From a virus, in the IMG/VR virus record IMGVR_UViG_3300045988_175036, positions 52,290-116,289 of that record: a stretch of DNA of 64,000 nucleotides. One strand, written 5' to 3'. Each line of letters starts with the position of its first letter. Within the stretch, counting starts at the first letter, position 1. Positions 28,935 through 37,196 of this stretch are shown piece by piece. A program made the position numbers and the translations under genes. Below the pieces are notes generated by a model. That model saw only the letters and a list, made by a program, of their open reading frames with translations, did not search any database and had not been told where the DNA came from.

Positions 28935-29245
28935 TGGATTTCAAAGTATTAGTAATTACAGATAAACCTGATTATTGGTTTGATTATTTTCGAGAAGGGC
29001 TGCATGACTTTTGTATTATTTCAGGCTCTAGCAGGAATATAAAAGCAAAGAATGGTTTCTTTTCAGCTAAAATTTGTAGAAATTATAATGATGGAATGAG
29101 AGGGTATGACCCAGATAAAATTATTTTTGATAAAGATGTTTCAGTTGAAGATTTTTGCTCAATTAGCGCTTTACTTGCTCATAGGAAAAGAATAGCGTTT
29201 ACAAAAAATTCCACTAGACAGTCAGTGTATGTTGAGGAGTTTTGA
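28931..29245 (+). CDS. hypothetical protein (104 aa)
   Basis: ORF track only. Confidence 0.5.
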   Translation: MMDFKVLVITDKPDYWFDYFREGLHDFCIISGSSRNIKAKNGFFSAKICRNYNDGMRGYDPDKIIFDKDVSVEDFCSISALLAHRKRIAFTKNSTRQSVYVEEF

Positions 29246-29246
29246 T

Positions 29247-29489
29247 ATGAGTAATGAATATAAAGATTATTATGAAGGAATAAAAAGCGTAAATGATGAT
29301 ATTTATGGTCAACTAATAGAAGGCGATGTTTGTCTTAATATGGAAGATTTAGCATACTTTTTACCTGAACTTAATACCTATGGAATTCATCAACTCCGAA
29401 TTGACCAGATTGATAAAGAATATTTTGTAATTGATGTTGACGATAAAACAAGGTGGGAGTGGAACAATAATGAAGAAAATTCTATGTGA
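29247..29489 (+). CDS. hypothetical protein
   Basis: ORF track frame; ATG 29247 after GAGGAG. Confidence 0.45.
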   Translation: MSNEYKDYYEGIKSVNDDIYGQLIEGDVCLNMEDLAYFLPELNTYGIHQLRIDQIDKEYFVIDVDDKTRWEWNNNEENSM

Positions 29490-29700
29490 TTTGTGTAAAA
29501 GAGACATCAAAGAAGAGAAAGATATATGGTATATCCAAATTCCTTTTTATCAAAAAGATGGCGTTTATGTAAATGGTAAGCTTATTGGTGAATTTGGTTC
29601 TTACTTAGGCTATAAGATAATTGAGCTTTGTCCAACTTGTGCGGATTCCTTCGCACGATGTATCGAAGAGCAAATGAAGGAATTAGGAATGGAAATTTGA
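29470..29700 (+). CDS. zinc-ribbon protein
   Basis: CDLC ... CPTC pairs; ATG 29470 after GGAG. Confidence 0.45.
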   Translation: MKKILCDLCKRDIKEEKDIWYIQIPFYQKDGVYVNGKLIGEFGSYLGYKIIELCPTCADSFARCIEEQMKELGMEI

Positions 29701-29724
29701 TTTCTATCTTTTTTCTGATATAAT
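29697..29724 (+). promoter_or_regulatory. sigma-A type promoter
   Basis: TTGATT, 16 nt, TGaTATAAT, then AAAAGAAAAAGAAAGG. Near-duplicate of the 26897 promoter. Confidence 0.6.
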
Positions 29725-29750
29725 AAAAGAAAAAGAAAGGAAGATTTGGA

Positions 29751-30842
29751 ATGAGTTTTATAATTGATGGCGTTGATTTTGAAAATCTTGAAGCTGAGAA
29801 GTATTGGAGTTTTACTTCTTCCTATACGCCTGAAAGAAAGAAACGAGAAGCAATCAACATGGTTTATTCTGGAGATTATCTTGGGGCGCGGAAGATGGAC
29901 GGAGCGTATTATCGAGCTATAATCTCTGAGGATGGCGAACTTCGTCTACAAGGCCGATCTAAGTCCGTAAAGGGAGGATACCTAAACAAAATTGATTGGG
30001 TTCCTCATTTGAAGTCTTTCTTTGAGGCTCTTCCGCGAGGAACCTGTTTACTTGGCGAAGTCTACTTCCCAAAGAATGAAGGTTCTTATAACACAACTAC
30101 AATTATGGGCTGTCTTGCGCCTAAAGCAGTCGCGCGCCAAGAAACAGGAGAAAAACTTCACTATTATGTTTTTGATATTTGGGCTTATGACGGAGAAAGC
30201 TATTTGAATAAGACAGCAGAAGAGCGTTTTACAATGATTCAGAATCTTCCCAAGTCAGATTATGTTGAGTTTGCTCAATACTATGAAGGCGCTGAGTTGT
30301 GGCAGAAATATCAAGAAATTTTGGCTGAAGGTGGAGAAGGTGTTGTTATTACTCGACGTGATTCTAAACCACAACCCGGTAAACGCAGCGTGCGGAAGAC
30401 TCTTAAACTGAAGAAAGAACTTCAAGAAACACTTGATGTCTTTATCTATGGTGGAAATCCTCCGACCCGTCTTTATTCTGGAAAAGAAATCGAAAACTGG
30501 CAGTATTGGCAAAATACTGTTACGCATGAACTTATGTGCGGCGACCATTATAAGGAATATTTTGAGGGTGATACAATTGAACCTGTCACAAAAATGTATT
30601 ATATGCGTGGTGCTGGTAGTCTAAAGATTGGCGCGTATAAGGATGGAAAACCGGTTCAGATTGGTAGTTTGAGTGGTTTAGATGATGAGATTTTGTTGAA
30701 TTGGAAGGACTATATTGGGAAGGTCGCAGAGGTTACTTGTATGGAGGTTCTGCCTACAGGAGGATTGCGCCATAGTCGTTTCTTAGGTTGGCGCGTCGAT
30801 AAGGTTCCTCGCGATTGCCAGTGGGAGACAATTTTTGGTTGA
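29751..30842 (+). CDS. ATP-dependent DNA ligase
   Basis: Motif I RKMDG, III LLGEVYF, IIIa YYVFDIW, IV EGVVIT, V LKLKK, VI LRHSRFLGWRVDK. Confidence 0.85.
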   Translation: MSFIIDGVDFENLEAEKYWSFTSSYTPERKKREAINMVYSGDYLGARKMDGAYYRAIISEDGELRLQGRSKSVKGGYLNKIDWVPHLKSFFEALPRGTCLLGEVYFPKNEGSYNTTTIMGCLAPKAVARQETGEKLHYYVFDIWAYDGESYLNKTAEERFTMIQNLPKSDYVEFAQYYEGAELWQKYQEILAEGGEGVVITRRDSKPQPGKRSVRKTLKLKKELQETLDVFIYGGNPPTRLYSGKEIENWQYWQNTVTHELMCGDHYKEYFEGDTIEPVTKMYYMRGAGSLKIGAYKDGKPVQIGSLSGLDDEILLNWKDYIGKVAEVTCMEVLPTGGLRHSRFLGWRVDKVPRDCQWETIFG

Positions 30843-31240
30843 GTAAATTTGAAGAAAAAATCGCGCGTATCCTTACAGATGCGCGCGTCCCTTTTATAAG
30901 GGAAAAGACTTTCAAAGACCTCAAGCATGGCTATCTTCGTTTTGATTTCTATCTCCCTCAAAAAGAGGTTTGCTATGAACTAGATGGGTTCCAGCACTTT
31001 GAGTATACAAAATTTTTCCACAAAAAGCGAAGTGATTTTACAAAGGCACAAGAGCGCGACCGTATAAAAAATTCTTACTGTCTCGCGCATAAGATATCTC
31101 TTTATCGGATTCCTTATTGGGAAATAGATAATGTTCATTGCGTAGACGACTTATTTCAAGAGAAGTTTCTTGTCCATTCAAAATATCATAATGACGACAT
31201 CTATCGAGAGTATCGCAAAAGAATGAAGGAATCTAAATAA
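30839..31240 (+). CDS. DUF559/Vsr-like endonuclease-fold protein
   Basis: LRFDFYLP...CYELDGFQH...RDRIKN pattern. Candidate TTG start at 30839 overlaps the ligase stop. Confidence 0.5.
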   Translation: MSKFEEKIARILTDARVPFIREKTFKDLKHGYLRFDFYLPQKEVCYELDGFQHFEYTKFFHKKRSDFTKAQERDRIKNSYCLAHKISLYRIPYWEIDNVHCVDDLFQEKFLVHSKYHNDDIYREYRKRMKESK

Positions 31241-31254
31241 TTTTCGACTTCTCT

Positions 31255-31743
31255 TTGGGAAGAAATAAGCGGGAGGAGTTCCAATTGAATTTTTCTAGTA
31301 TTGCCAGCGCAATTGGTGGGTTCCTTGTTCTAATTTATTTAGTGTGGCAAGTTGTTGTAAAATTCTGCGGAGAAAAAGAATGGTTTAGTAAACGTCGAAA
31401 AGAGCGTCAAAAACAAAAGGAAGAAGAAAATAAAAAGCAGTTCAAAGAGACTATCAAAGAAGTAATTGAGCCAATGCTTTTGGAACTAAAAGAAAGAGAC
31501 AACGAACAAGATAGAAAATTGACTTGTCTTATTCATTCTTCTAATGATATGATGCGCGCGGAAATAGTAAAAATTTATTATCGTTATCTTCCACATAAGA
31601 AAATGCTTCAACACAGCCGCGAGCTCTTGAATAAGCTATTTCATGATTATCACGACCAAGGTGGTAATAGTTTCATTGAAGATATGTATAATGAAATGAA
31701 AACTTGGCCAGTTGTTAATAATGACAAAGATTTGAGGGAATAA
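31255..31743 (+). CDS. membrane-anchored hypothetical protein
   Basis: ORF track; N-terminal TM segment IASAIGGFLVLIYLVWQVVV. Confidence 0.5.
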   Translation: MGRNKREEFQLNFSSIASAIGGFLVLIYLVWQVVVKFCGEKEWFSKRRKERQKQKEEENKKQFKETIKEVIEPMLLELKERDNEQDRKLTCLIHSSNDMMRAEIVKIYYRYLPHKKMLQHSRELLNKLFHDYHDQGGNSFIEDMYNEMKTWPVVNNDKDLRE

Positions 31744-31744
31744 A

Positions 31745-31777
31745 AAGAAAGGACACATCGAAAGACGTGTCCTTTTC
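31745..31777. terminator. bidirectional intrinsic terminator between convergent genes
   Basis: GGACAC-N10-GTGTCC flanked by an A-run and a T-run. Confidence 0.55.
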
Positions 31778-31780
31778 TAC

Positions 31781-32065
31781 TTATTTACCTTTTACGCGCT
31801 CAATGATTTCAGCCACTGCGCTGGAACCTGACATTAGGACTAGGCCAGTCATAATTTTACCTGCTATAGTCGTCGCTTTGACAAGACCGCACGCGAGAAT
31901 GAGGTCAAGATTGAAGGAGAAGACTAGCGCGAAAGCAAATATTGCGGAAACACCAATAGTAATCCATTTGCTGAAAGAGAATTTGCCCCAAATTTCGTCT
32001 TTTCCTCTTTGAATCAAATACCACATAACACTAGAAAGCGCAATAATAAGTGTTAAAACATTCAT
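31781..32065 (-). CDS. holin-like small membrane protein
   Basis: Three hydrophobic segments with a charged C-terminus. ATG 32065 has GGAGG 8 nt upstream. Confidence 0.45.
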   Translation of the reverse strand: MNVLTLIIALSSVMWYLIQRGKDEIWGKFSFSKWITIGVSAIFAFALVFSFNLDLILACGLVKATTIAGKIMTGLVLMSGSSAVAEIIERVKGK

Positions 32066-32066
32066 T

Positions 32067-32702
32067 TTATTTTCCTCCATTTTTCCAAGTATATCCACCA
32101 GCCGTTAGACGTTTTCCACGGCAGACTTCGCTAATATGATTATACCAAATCCCAGTAGCTAATTGTGCGTCTTTATATGAAGTATATGAAGCTATAAAAT
32201 TTCCTTGTAAGTCATACTGCTCTACAATATGCTTTTGTTTTGCAGTGCGAATAGCATAGCCTCTTTTCTTAATATCTTCTTCTGAAAGTTTTAATTCTTG
32301 TTTTATATAAAAAGAAATTGTTTCTATAGTTGAATTGGTTAATTTTCGAATATCTCTAATACAATATCCGTTTTGATATAAATCAATTATAGTTGAAATT
32401 TCTTTTTGGGTTAGGAAGCGAGTTCCTTCGCCGCCTCTAGTTGAATTATAACCTTCTTCATAAGAATTATAAAAATCAATCCAATAAATTTCTCGTTCAT
32501 TGATAATATCATTAGAACATTCTTCAATTGATTCAATAGAAAAGTTTTTTACTCCATATTTTCTAAAGGCCCGATAGATTTTGAAATCTTTATCTTTAAT
32601 ACTATTAAGATGTTCTTTCCATCGTTCTTCAATAGTTCTGGTTGTTTTTCCAACGTAAACTTTATCATTTATAGTATTTGTAATTTTATAAATAAATCCC
32701 AT
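32067..32702 (-). CDS. GIY-YIG homing endonuclease (free-standing)
   Basis: GFIYKITNTINDKVYVGKTTRTIEERWKEH plus a C-terminal DNA-binding-like region. Opposite orientation to the flanking genes. Confidence 0.8.
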   Translation of the reverse strand: MGFIYKITNTINDKVYVGKTTRTIEERWKEHLNSIKDKDFKIYRAFRKYGVKNFSIESIEECSNDIINEREIYWIDFYNSYEEGYNSTRGGEGTRFLTQKEISTIIDLYQNGYCIRDIRKLTNSTIETISFYIKQELKLSEEDIKKRGYAIRTAKQKHIVEQYDLQGNFIASYTSYKDAQLATGIWYNHISEVCRGKRLTAGGYTWKNGGK

Positions 32703-32830
32703 AAGTCCTCCACCTTATAATAAATGATGACGCTTATCCTGGAGGGGATATTGCTCCATAAGTAGCTAATTTATGGCTCCCGTCATATTTCTAAAGAAAA
32801 GAGGTCTCACATATTCCATAATCCATAAAT

Positions 32831-32859
32831 TTGAAACTTTTGAAAAATTTTGATATAAT
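32831..32859 (+). promoter_or_regulatory. sigma-A type promoter, conserved cassette
   Basis: TTGAAA, 17 nt, TGaTATAAT, then ATTTATAGAAAATAAAGGAGG. Confidence 0.7.
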
Positions 32860-32888
32860 ATTTATAGAAAATAAAGGAGGCAGAAAGA

Positions 32889-33179
32889 ATGGCTCGTGTA
32901 ACACAAGAGGATATAATTCATATCAATGATGTTTATTATAAGTGTCGAACTTATGCAGAAACTGCGCGGCAGACTGGTTTTTCTGCCTCTACAGTAAAAA
33001 AGTATGTTATTTCAGGTTATGAGCCAGCAGAGACAGTCAAAGTAGAAAAATTTGATAGACCTTTGCCTAAGTTTGACCCAATGATTTTTGTTCAAAAAGA
33101 GGATTGGGCTTCATTCTGTGAATATACGGTAGAAGAGGCTGCGCGCATTGAAGAGCTTTGGAAGGAGATGGCGTTATAA
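32889..33179 (+). CDS. HTH protein (96 aa)
   Basis: YAETARQTGFSASTVKKYV helix-turn-helix. Confidence 0.5.
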   Translation: MARVTQEDIIHINDVYYKCRTYAETARQTGFSASTVKKYVISGYEPAETVKVEKFDRPLPKFDPMIFVQKEDWASFCEYTVEEAARIEELWKEMAL

Positions 33180-33550
33180 TGGAGAAGTATTTTTATCTTG
33201 AGGAAAGCCCCTATCTTCCTACTTACTGTATGCTTTATACCAATATTGAGAAGATGCCTTTTCCAAATGGAATTAGAGGCTCTTATTCAATGATGGCTGC
33301 GCGGGTTCTTGGATTAGATTATGCAGACTTCTTGAGGTTTGCGCGCGACATCCTTGAAGCAAAGATTATGGGTAAAGGTGAATGCTATCCTCGTGCATAT
33401 TTTAGAAAAACTCCTGAAGTCCTTCAGATGGTAAAGCTATTGAATAAGCGGATGGAATTGATTATGGATATGCGCGCGAAGCCATACAATTTAGAAAAAA
33501 GAATTGATGGGTCAATCATAAAGGAGAATTTTGATGTATCTAACAGTTGA
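33179..33550 (+). CDS. hypothetical protein
   Basis: ORF track frame; TAATG overlap at 33177-33181. Confidence 0.5.
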   Translation: MEKYFYLEESPYLPTYCMLYTNIEKMPFPNGIRGSYSMMAARVLGLDYADFLRFARDILEAKIMGKGECYPRAYFRKTPEVLQMVKLLNKRMELIMDMRAKPYNLEKRIDGSIIKENFDVSNS

Positions 33551-34448
33551 GTTGCTACGAAAATATGGTGCGCATCAAGATAAAATCCAAGAATTTGTTG
33601 GAAGATTTCCAAATGGTGTTGAAGCACTAGACTTTCTTGAAGAAATTGGCCCTGAAGCGATTGCTGGTAATTATAGTCCATGGCTTGAGGCATTATACTG
33701 GGGTTACCGAATGCTACCCTGGACCACCAAAGAAAAAGAGAAATACTGTGAAGTTTTGAATATTGATAGTTCTTCTAGCGTCTATGAAAGTTATGATGTA
33801 GAAGAAAGTGAAAAAGTTATTCATTCTGATCACATTTATTTGAGCGGAAACATTGATAACTGTAGTAATATTAGAAATAGTAATTACGTTGCTTCTAGTG
33901 CTACAGTTGAAGGAAGTGACGGTGTCCTAAAGTCAGAATATATTGTGAATAGTAGTCTAGTTGATACTGGAATGGACATTCAAAGTTCAAAAGAAATTTA
34001 TAAAGCATCACATGTGAAGAAAAGTCAGAAGTGCGCGCGAGTCGATAGTATTGAGAATTGCGTCGGAATTTTCAGTTCTTCTGGATGTGAAGAGGTCTAT
34101 TACTCTTCTTTTATGAAGAATTGTCATCATTGTCTTTTCTGTGATGATATTGAGGATGCTTCTTTTAGAATCTTCAACCAACCAGTGCCTGAGAAGGATT
34201 TCTTCGTAATTCTTTCGATGGTTGAGAGCTATTTTGATAACAAGCTTGAACCTTTGATTGAAACTACAGTAAATGACGAATTTTATTTTGGCCTTGATTG
34301 GCATGTTTCGACGCACTTTACAAAGATTTACAGAAGCCTGTCGCAGGAGGTTTTCAATCAACTTTATAGACTACCTGGTTATAATGACTGGCTGATGTAT
34401 CAGATTACATTGAATACTCTGAGTTTTCGAGATTTGAAAAATAGCTAA
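33534..34448 (+). CDS. hypothetical protein with a repetitive S/N/C-rich central region
   Basis: ORF track; AAGGAG 7 nt before ATG 33534. Confidence 0.5.
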   Translation: MYLTVELLRKYGAHQDKIQEFVGRFPNGVEALDFLEEIGPEAIAGNYSPWLEALYWGYRMLPWTTKEKEKYCEVLNIDSSSSVYESYDVEESEKVIHSDHIYLSGNIDNCSNIRNSNYVASSATVEGSDGVLKSEYIVNSSLVDTGMDIQSSKEIYKASHVKKSQKCARVDSIENCVGIFSSSGCEEVYYSSFMKNCHHCLFCDDIEDASFRIFNQPVPEKDFFVILSMVESYFDNKLEPLIETTVNDEFYFGLDWHVSTHFTKIYRSLSQEVFNQLYRLPGYNDWLMYQITLNTLSFRDLKNS

Positions 34449-34462
34449 ATTTCGAGTATAAT
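34434..34462 (+). promoter_or_regulatory. sigma-A type promoter, conserved cassette (drives the RNA island)
   Basis: TTGAAA, 17 nt, TATAAT, then ATTTATACAAAATGG. Confidence 0.65.
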
Positions 34463-34496
34463 ATTTATACAAAATGGTTGAGGAAAGGAAAAAGAA

Positions 34497-34631
34497 ATGA
34501 CTTATCATTGGAAGACAGAAGTAGCAATTCTTGAAAATCGCATCCATCTTCTTGAACAGCGTGGAGATAACGTGCCAATTGTCTCAAAGTTGAAGCGACG
34601 ACTAAGAAAGCTATTATCTAGCTCTTATTGA
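34497..34631 (+). CDS. small ORF (44 aa, basic C-terminus), not in the ORF track
   Basis: AGGAAAGGAAAAAGAA then ATG. Encodes MTYHWKTEVAILENRIHLLEQRGDNVPIVSKLKRRLRKLLSSSY. Confidence 0.35.
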   Translation: MTYHWKTEVAILENRIHLLEQRGDNVPIVSKLKRRLRKLLSSSY

Positions 34632-34957
34632 GCTATTTGGCGCACGACAGAAACTTACCGTGAATGTCTGAAGTGGCCTCAGTTGGGAAGGCTTACCAGC
34701 TTTATAAAAACCGAGCAATCAAGACAAAGTATTAGCTACACTTTGAGGAAGCAAAGAGGTGGGCGGGAGTCGGCTCTCCCGTAGCTAGAAACCGATTACA
34801 GGGTTAAGCGCAAGACGCTTAGGCCAAGCTATGATGTCATATTTCCGGGGCAATTTCGGTAGTATGACGGAGCTTTTGTCAAGGGTTAGGAGATTTCCAC
34901 AGATTGCCTAGGGGTCTACCTCGTAGGAGACTACCGAAAGAAAATCTCCATCTTTAT
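34632..34957 (+). ncRNA. ORF-free GC-enriched structured spacer A
   Basis: Hairpins GGGAG-tcgg-CTCCC and TAAGCG-caaga-CGCTTA. Long-range pair TCGGTAGT (34856) with ACTACCGA (34931). Downstream of the 34434 promoter. Confidence 0.4.
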
Positions 34958-35052
34958 CCTGCCTTAGCACAACGGTAGTGCAACCGGTTTATGCCCGGCA
35001 TACGGCTCCAGATTAGGGCGCGATCTCGGTTCGAATCCGAGGGGCAGGACCA
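34958..35052 (+). tRNA. atypical 95-nt tRNA-like gene; anticodon loop UUUAUGC (UAU, Ile-type) with a 25-nt extra arm and encoded CCA
   Basis: Acceptor CCTGCCT/GGGCAGG, D arm GCAC-AACGGTA-GTGC, anticodon stem CCGG/CCGG, T arm CTCGG-TTCGAAT-CCGAG. The extra region does not fit class I or class II rules. Confidence 0.5.
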
Positions 35053-35255
35053 AAGGTATCCAAACTACCTTAATCGTTTGGTGAGGACTCAAGTTACTAA
35101 AGTTAGGTCAGCTTGACATCCAACAGAGACGACCTACACAGGTGAGACAGGTGAGAATGACGGCTTAGTCCTTTCTTGAATAAACAGAACCTGACCCGTT
35201 TTGGCGCCAAGGGTGAACGCTGCTTGAAGGTAAAGAAAGGCAATAAATTTTATAT
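35053..35255 (+). ncRNA. ORF-free structured spacer B
   Basis: No ORF; GC-enriched; lies between two tRNA(-like) genes. Confidence 0.35.
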
Positions 35256-35332
35256 GGGAGCATAGCTCAGTTGGTTAGAGCGCATGACTGTTAATCATGA
35301 TGTCGAAGGTTCAAGTCCTTCTGTTCCCGCCA
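35256..35332 (+). tRNA. tRNA-Asn (GUU)
   Basis: GGGAGCA TA GCTC AGTTGGTTA GAGC G CATGA CTGTTAA TCATG ATGTC GAAGG TTCAAGT CCTTC TGTTCCC G CCA. Confidence 0.9.
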
Positions 35333-35617
35333 AATGATGGCGAGTAGTGCGAATAGAAAAGATAAGAACGAAATAGTACCTTTTATGGTGGATAAACCTA
35401 TTATTCACTTATTGAATCTATTGGAGTCACGCACGGCTCCGCTTGCTATCATTACCAACGGATAAAACTTGTTGTGAGCAAACTTACAAGTTACCTTTTT
35501 GACCTCACAAACAACTATGCAAGCATATCTTACGCGCAAACTAGATATGACTCCCTCTGGGAGAAAGGTGATTGCGCGGCCGGTTAGCGCTCCTGTCTAA
35601 GTTCAAAGCGCGTTATA
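35333..35617 (+). ncRNA. ORF-free structured spacer C
   Basis: No ORF; GC-enriched; lies between tRNA genes. Confidence 0.35.
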
Positions 35618-35684
35618 TCCCCTTTTAGTGTAATGGTTAGCACAGCAATTGAGGGCAAGAGTGGTTCGATCCCACAGAGGGGAG
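35618..35684 (+). tRNA. degenerate tRNA-like element lacking an anticodon arm (67 nt, no CCA)
   Basis: Acceptor TCCCCTT/GAGGGGA, D arm GTGT-AATGGTTA-GCAC, T arm GTGG-TTCGATC-CCAC. Only about 16 nt (containing CAATTG) sit where 23 are expected. Confidence 0.3.
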
Positions 35685-35764
35685 TCAAAGATAAAATTAT
35701 CTTTTCTACACGGAGAAACTATTGATTCCGAAAACTATCCAATACAAATTGAAAGGAAATTTTT

Positions 35765-36025
35765 ATGGAAAAGATTTTTGAACTCTGTAAAGAGCGTGAT
35801 ATCAGGTGTTATTTCAGTTATTGGAAGCTCGACGATTCTATTCATTTTGCTTTCACTAGAACATTTGCTGGCCAAGATTGTAAATTTATACAGGTCGTTC
35901 CGATCAAGGATATTAATAATAATTCTCATGTTATCGGACAGTACATTGCAGAACTTATTGAAGACAAGCTGTCGGATGAGAATTGTAGAAAAATGATTCT
36001 CGACAGAATTGAAAAGCTTCTTTGA
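35765..36025 (+). CDS. hypothetical protein (86 aa) inside the RNA island
   Basis: ORF track; AT-rich like the other coding DNA; AAAGGA RBS. Confidence 0.4.
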   Translation: MEKIFELCKERDIRCYFSYWKLDDSIHFAFTRTFAGQDCKFIQVVPIKDINNNSHVIGQYIAELIEDKLSDENCRKMILDRIEKLL

Positions 36026-36097
36026 AATCTATTTTTATAATAAGAAAAATAGGTACACTACTTCTTTTATGTTTCGTAGTAGCTGGATTTATAAATA

Positions 36098-36175
36098 TCC
36101 TCTATTGGTGTAATGGTAGCACACTTCCCGTCAAGGAAGAGGGGTCGGTTCGATTCGATATCCTGCATAGAGGAC
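36098..36175 (+). tRNA. degenerate tRNA-like element
   Basis: Perfect acceptor TCCTCTA/TAGAGGA and D arm GTG-TAATGGTAG-CAC. Anticodon stem CTTCC/GGAAG has a 6-nt loop CGTCAA. The T arm is disrupted (GTCGG-TTCGATT-CGATATCCTGCA). Confidence 0.3.
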
Positions 36176-36361
36176 GGCTTGACACAGCCGGAGTGTTATC
36201 TCTGGCATACGGATTAGCGTATGCAAAGCATTTGTCTTCGGATGGTAAAATGCGAGAGAAGTCATCCCCTTGAACTTCTCACTACATACATCCCCAGCGG
36301 TTGTTATGCTGAGACCGATGGCGCGACGGTCGTTTATAATATCGCGCCATTTGTCTAAAAT
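36176..36361 (+). ncRNA. ORF-free structured spacer D
   Basis: Hairpins GCATACG-gattag-CGTATGC (36205-36224) and ATGGCGCGA-N15-TCGCGCCAT (36318-36350). 36185-36217 resembles 34981-35016. Confidence 0.35.
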
Positions 36362-36397
36362 GCGGGTGTAGTATAATGGTTATTATGTCTGCCTTCC

Positions 36398-36861
36398 TTC
36401 TAAACTTAATGCGTTAGATATATATGGAGCAATTATCAACTCAATTTAAAGGCGATGTGACTGAACTTTTAGTTAGTGCATATTTACTAAAATTAGGTTA
36501 TGTAGTATCTAAACCTTTAACCCAAGATAGTAAATATGATTTAATTGTAGATATTAACCATAAGTTAATTCGTATTCAGGTTAAAACTGCAAGACTAAAT
36601 GATCGGACCATTGGCAAAAGTATTAAGTTTAATTGTAGAAGTACCACAAACAATGTAAGAGAATGCAAACAGCGATATTATTCGCCAGAAGATGTAGATT
36701 ATTTTGCAACATATTGGGATAATGTAGTATATTTAATCCCAGTTACTGAATGTAGTGCTGAGAAAATTTTATGGATAGATAAGCCTACATATAAAAACAG
36801 TTGTTTTGCAAATGATTATCTGGCAGAGGAGGTATTACAACGCATTTAAGCATTGGAAGGG
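36398..36861 (+). mobile_element. homing-endonuclease cassette / atypical tRNA intron
   Basis: The ORF fills 426 of 464 nt. The ends form a helix: 36405-36415 with 36839-36850, and 36393-36397 with 36855-36859. Confidence 0.6.
36424..36849 (+). CDS. PD-(D/E)XK homing endonuclease, I-Ssp6803I-like
   Basis: FKGDVTELLVSAYLLKLGYVVSKPLTQDSKYDLIVDINHKLIRIQVKTAR matches the intron-associated PD-(D/E)XK endonuclease family pattern. Confidence 0.7.
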   Translation: MEQLSTQFKGDVTELLVSAYLLKLGYVVSKPLTQDSKYDLIVDINHKLIRIQVKTARLNDRTIGKSIKFNCRSTTNNVRECKQRYYSPEDVDYFATYWDNVVYLIPVTECSAEKILWIDKPTYKNSCFANDYLAEEVLQRI

Positions 36862-36984
36862 AAGCAGAAGATGGGGCTTCGATTGCCCTCACTCGCTCCA
36901 CCGCCCCATGGGAAGTTTGCCTCCAATAAGTCTCATGACCACTACTAGATTGCACTAGTTGACTGAATAAAGGTGGTTTTATAT

Positions 36985-37061
36985 GCACTTGTAGCTCAGT
37001 TGGTAGTAGCAATTGCCTTTTAAGCAATGGGTCGGGCATTCGAGTTGCCCCAAGTGCACCA
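36985..37061 (+). tRNA. tRNA-Lys (UUU)
   Basis: GCACTTG TA GCTC AGTTGGTA GTAGC..., anticodon arm CAATTGC CTTTTAA GCAATGG, T arm GGGCA TTCGAGT TGCCC, then CAAGTGC A CCA. Confidence 0.9.
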
Positions 37062-37141
37062 CTTTATTTGGAATCAATAGCTTGTCCACCTTTGGGCGAC
37101 CCGTAATAGCCGGACATTTGAAAATTTCTTCTCGTAAATGT

Positions 37142-37170
37142 TTGAAATTTTTCTGATTTTTTGATATAAT
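37142..37170 (+). promoter_or_regulatory. sigma-A type promoter, conserved cassette
   Basis: TTGAAA, 17 nt, TGaTATAAT, then ATTTACAGAAAGTGAGGG. Confidence 0.65.
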
Positions 37171-37196
37171 ATTTACAGAAAGTGAGGGAAACGAAA

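Larger units (their letters stand above)
36362..36900 (+). tRNA. tRNA-Gly (UCC) interrupted between nt 36 and 37 by a 464-nt insertion
   Basis: Exons 36362-36397 and 36862-36900 join to GCGGGTG TA GTAT..ATTAT G TCTGC CTTCCAA GCAGA AGAT GGGGC TTCGATT GCCCT CACTCGC T CCA. Confidence 0.75.

Noticed and set aside
34958-35052. tmRNA or selenocysteine tRNA identity for the 95-nt tRNA-like gene.
   Set aside because: It has a complete D arm and an ordinary anticodon arm, no tag-peptide ORF or pseudoknot region, no G3.U70 pair and no UCA anticodon.
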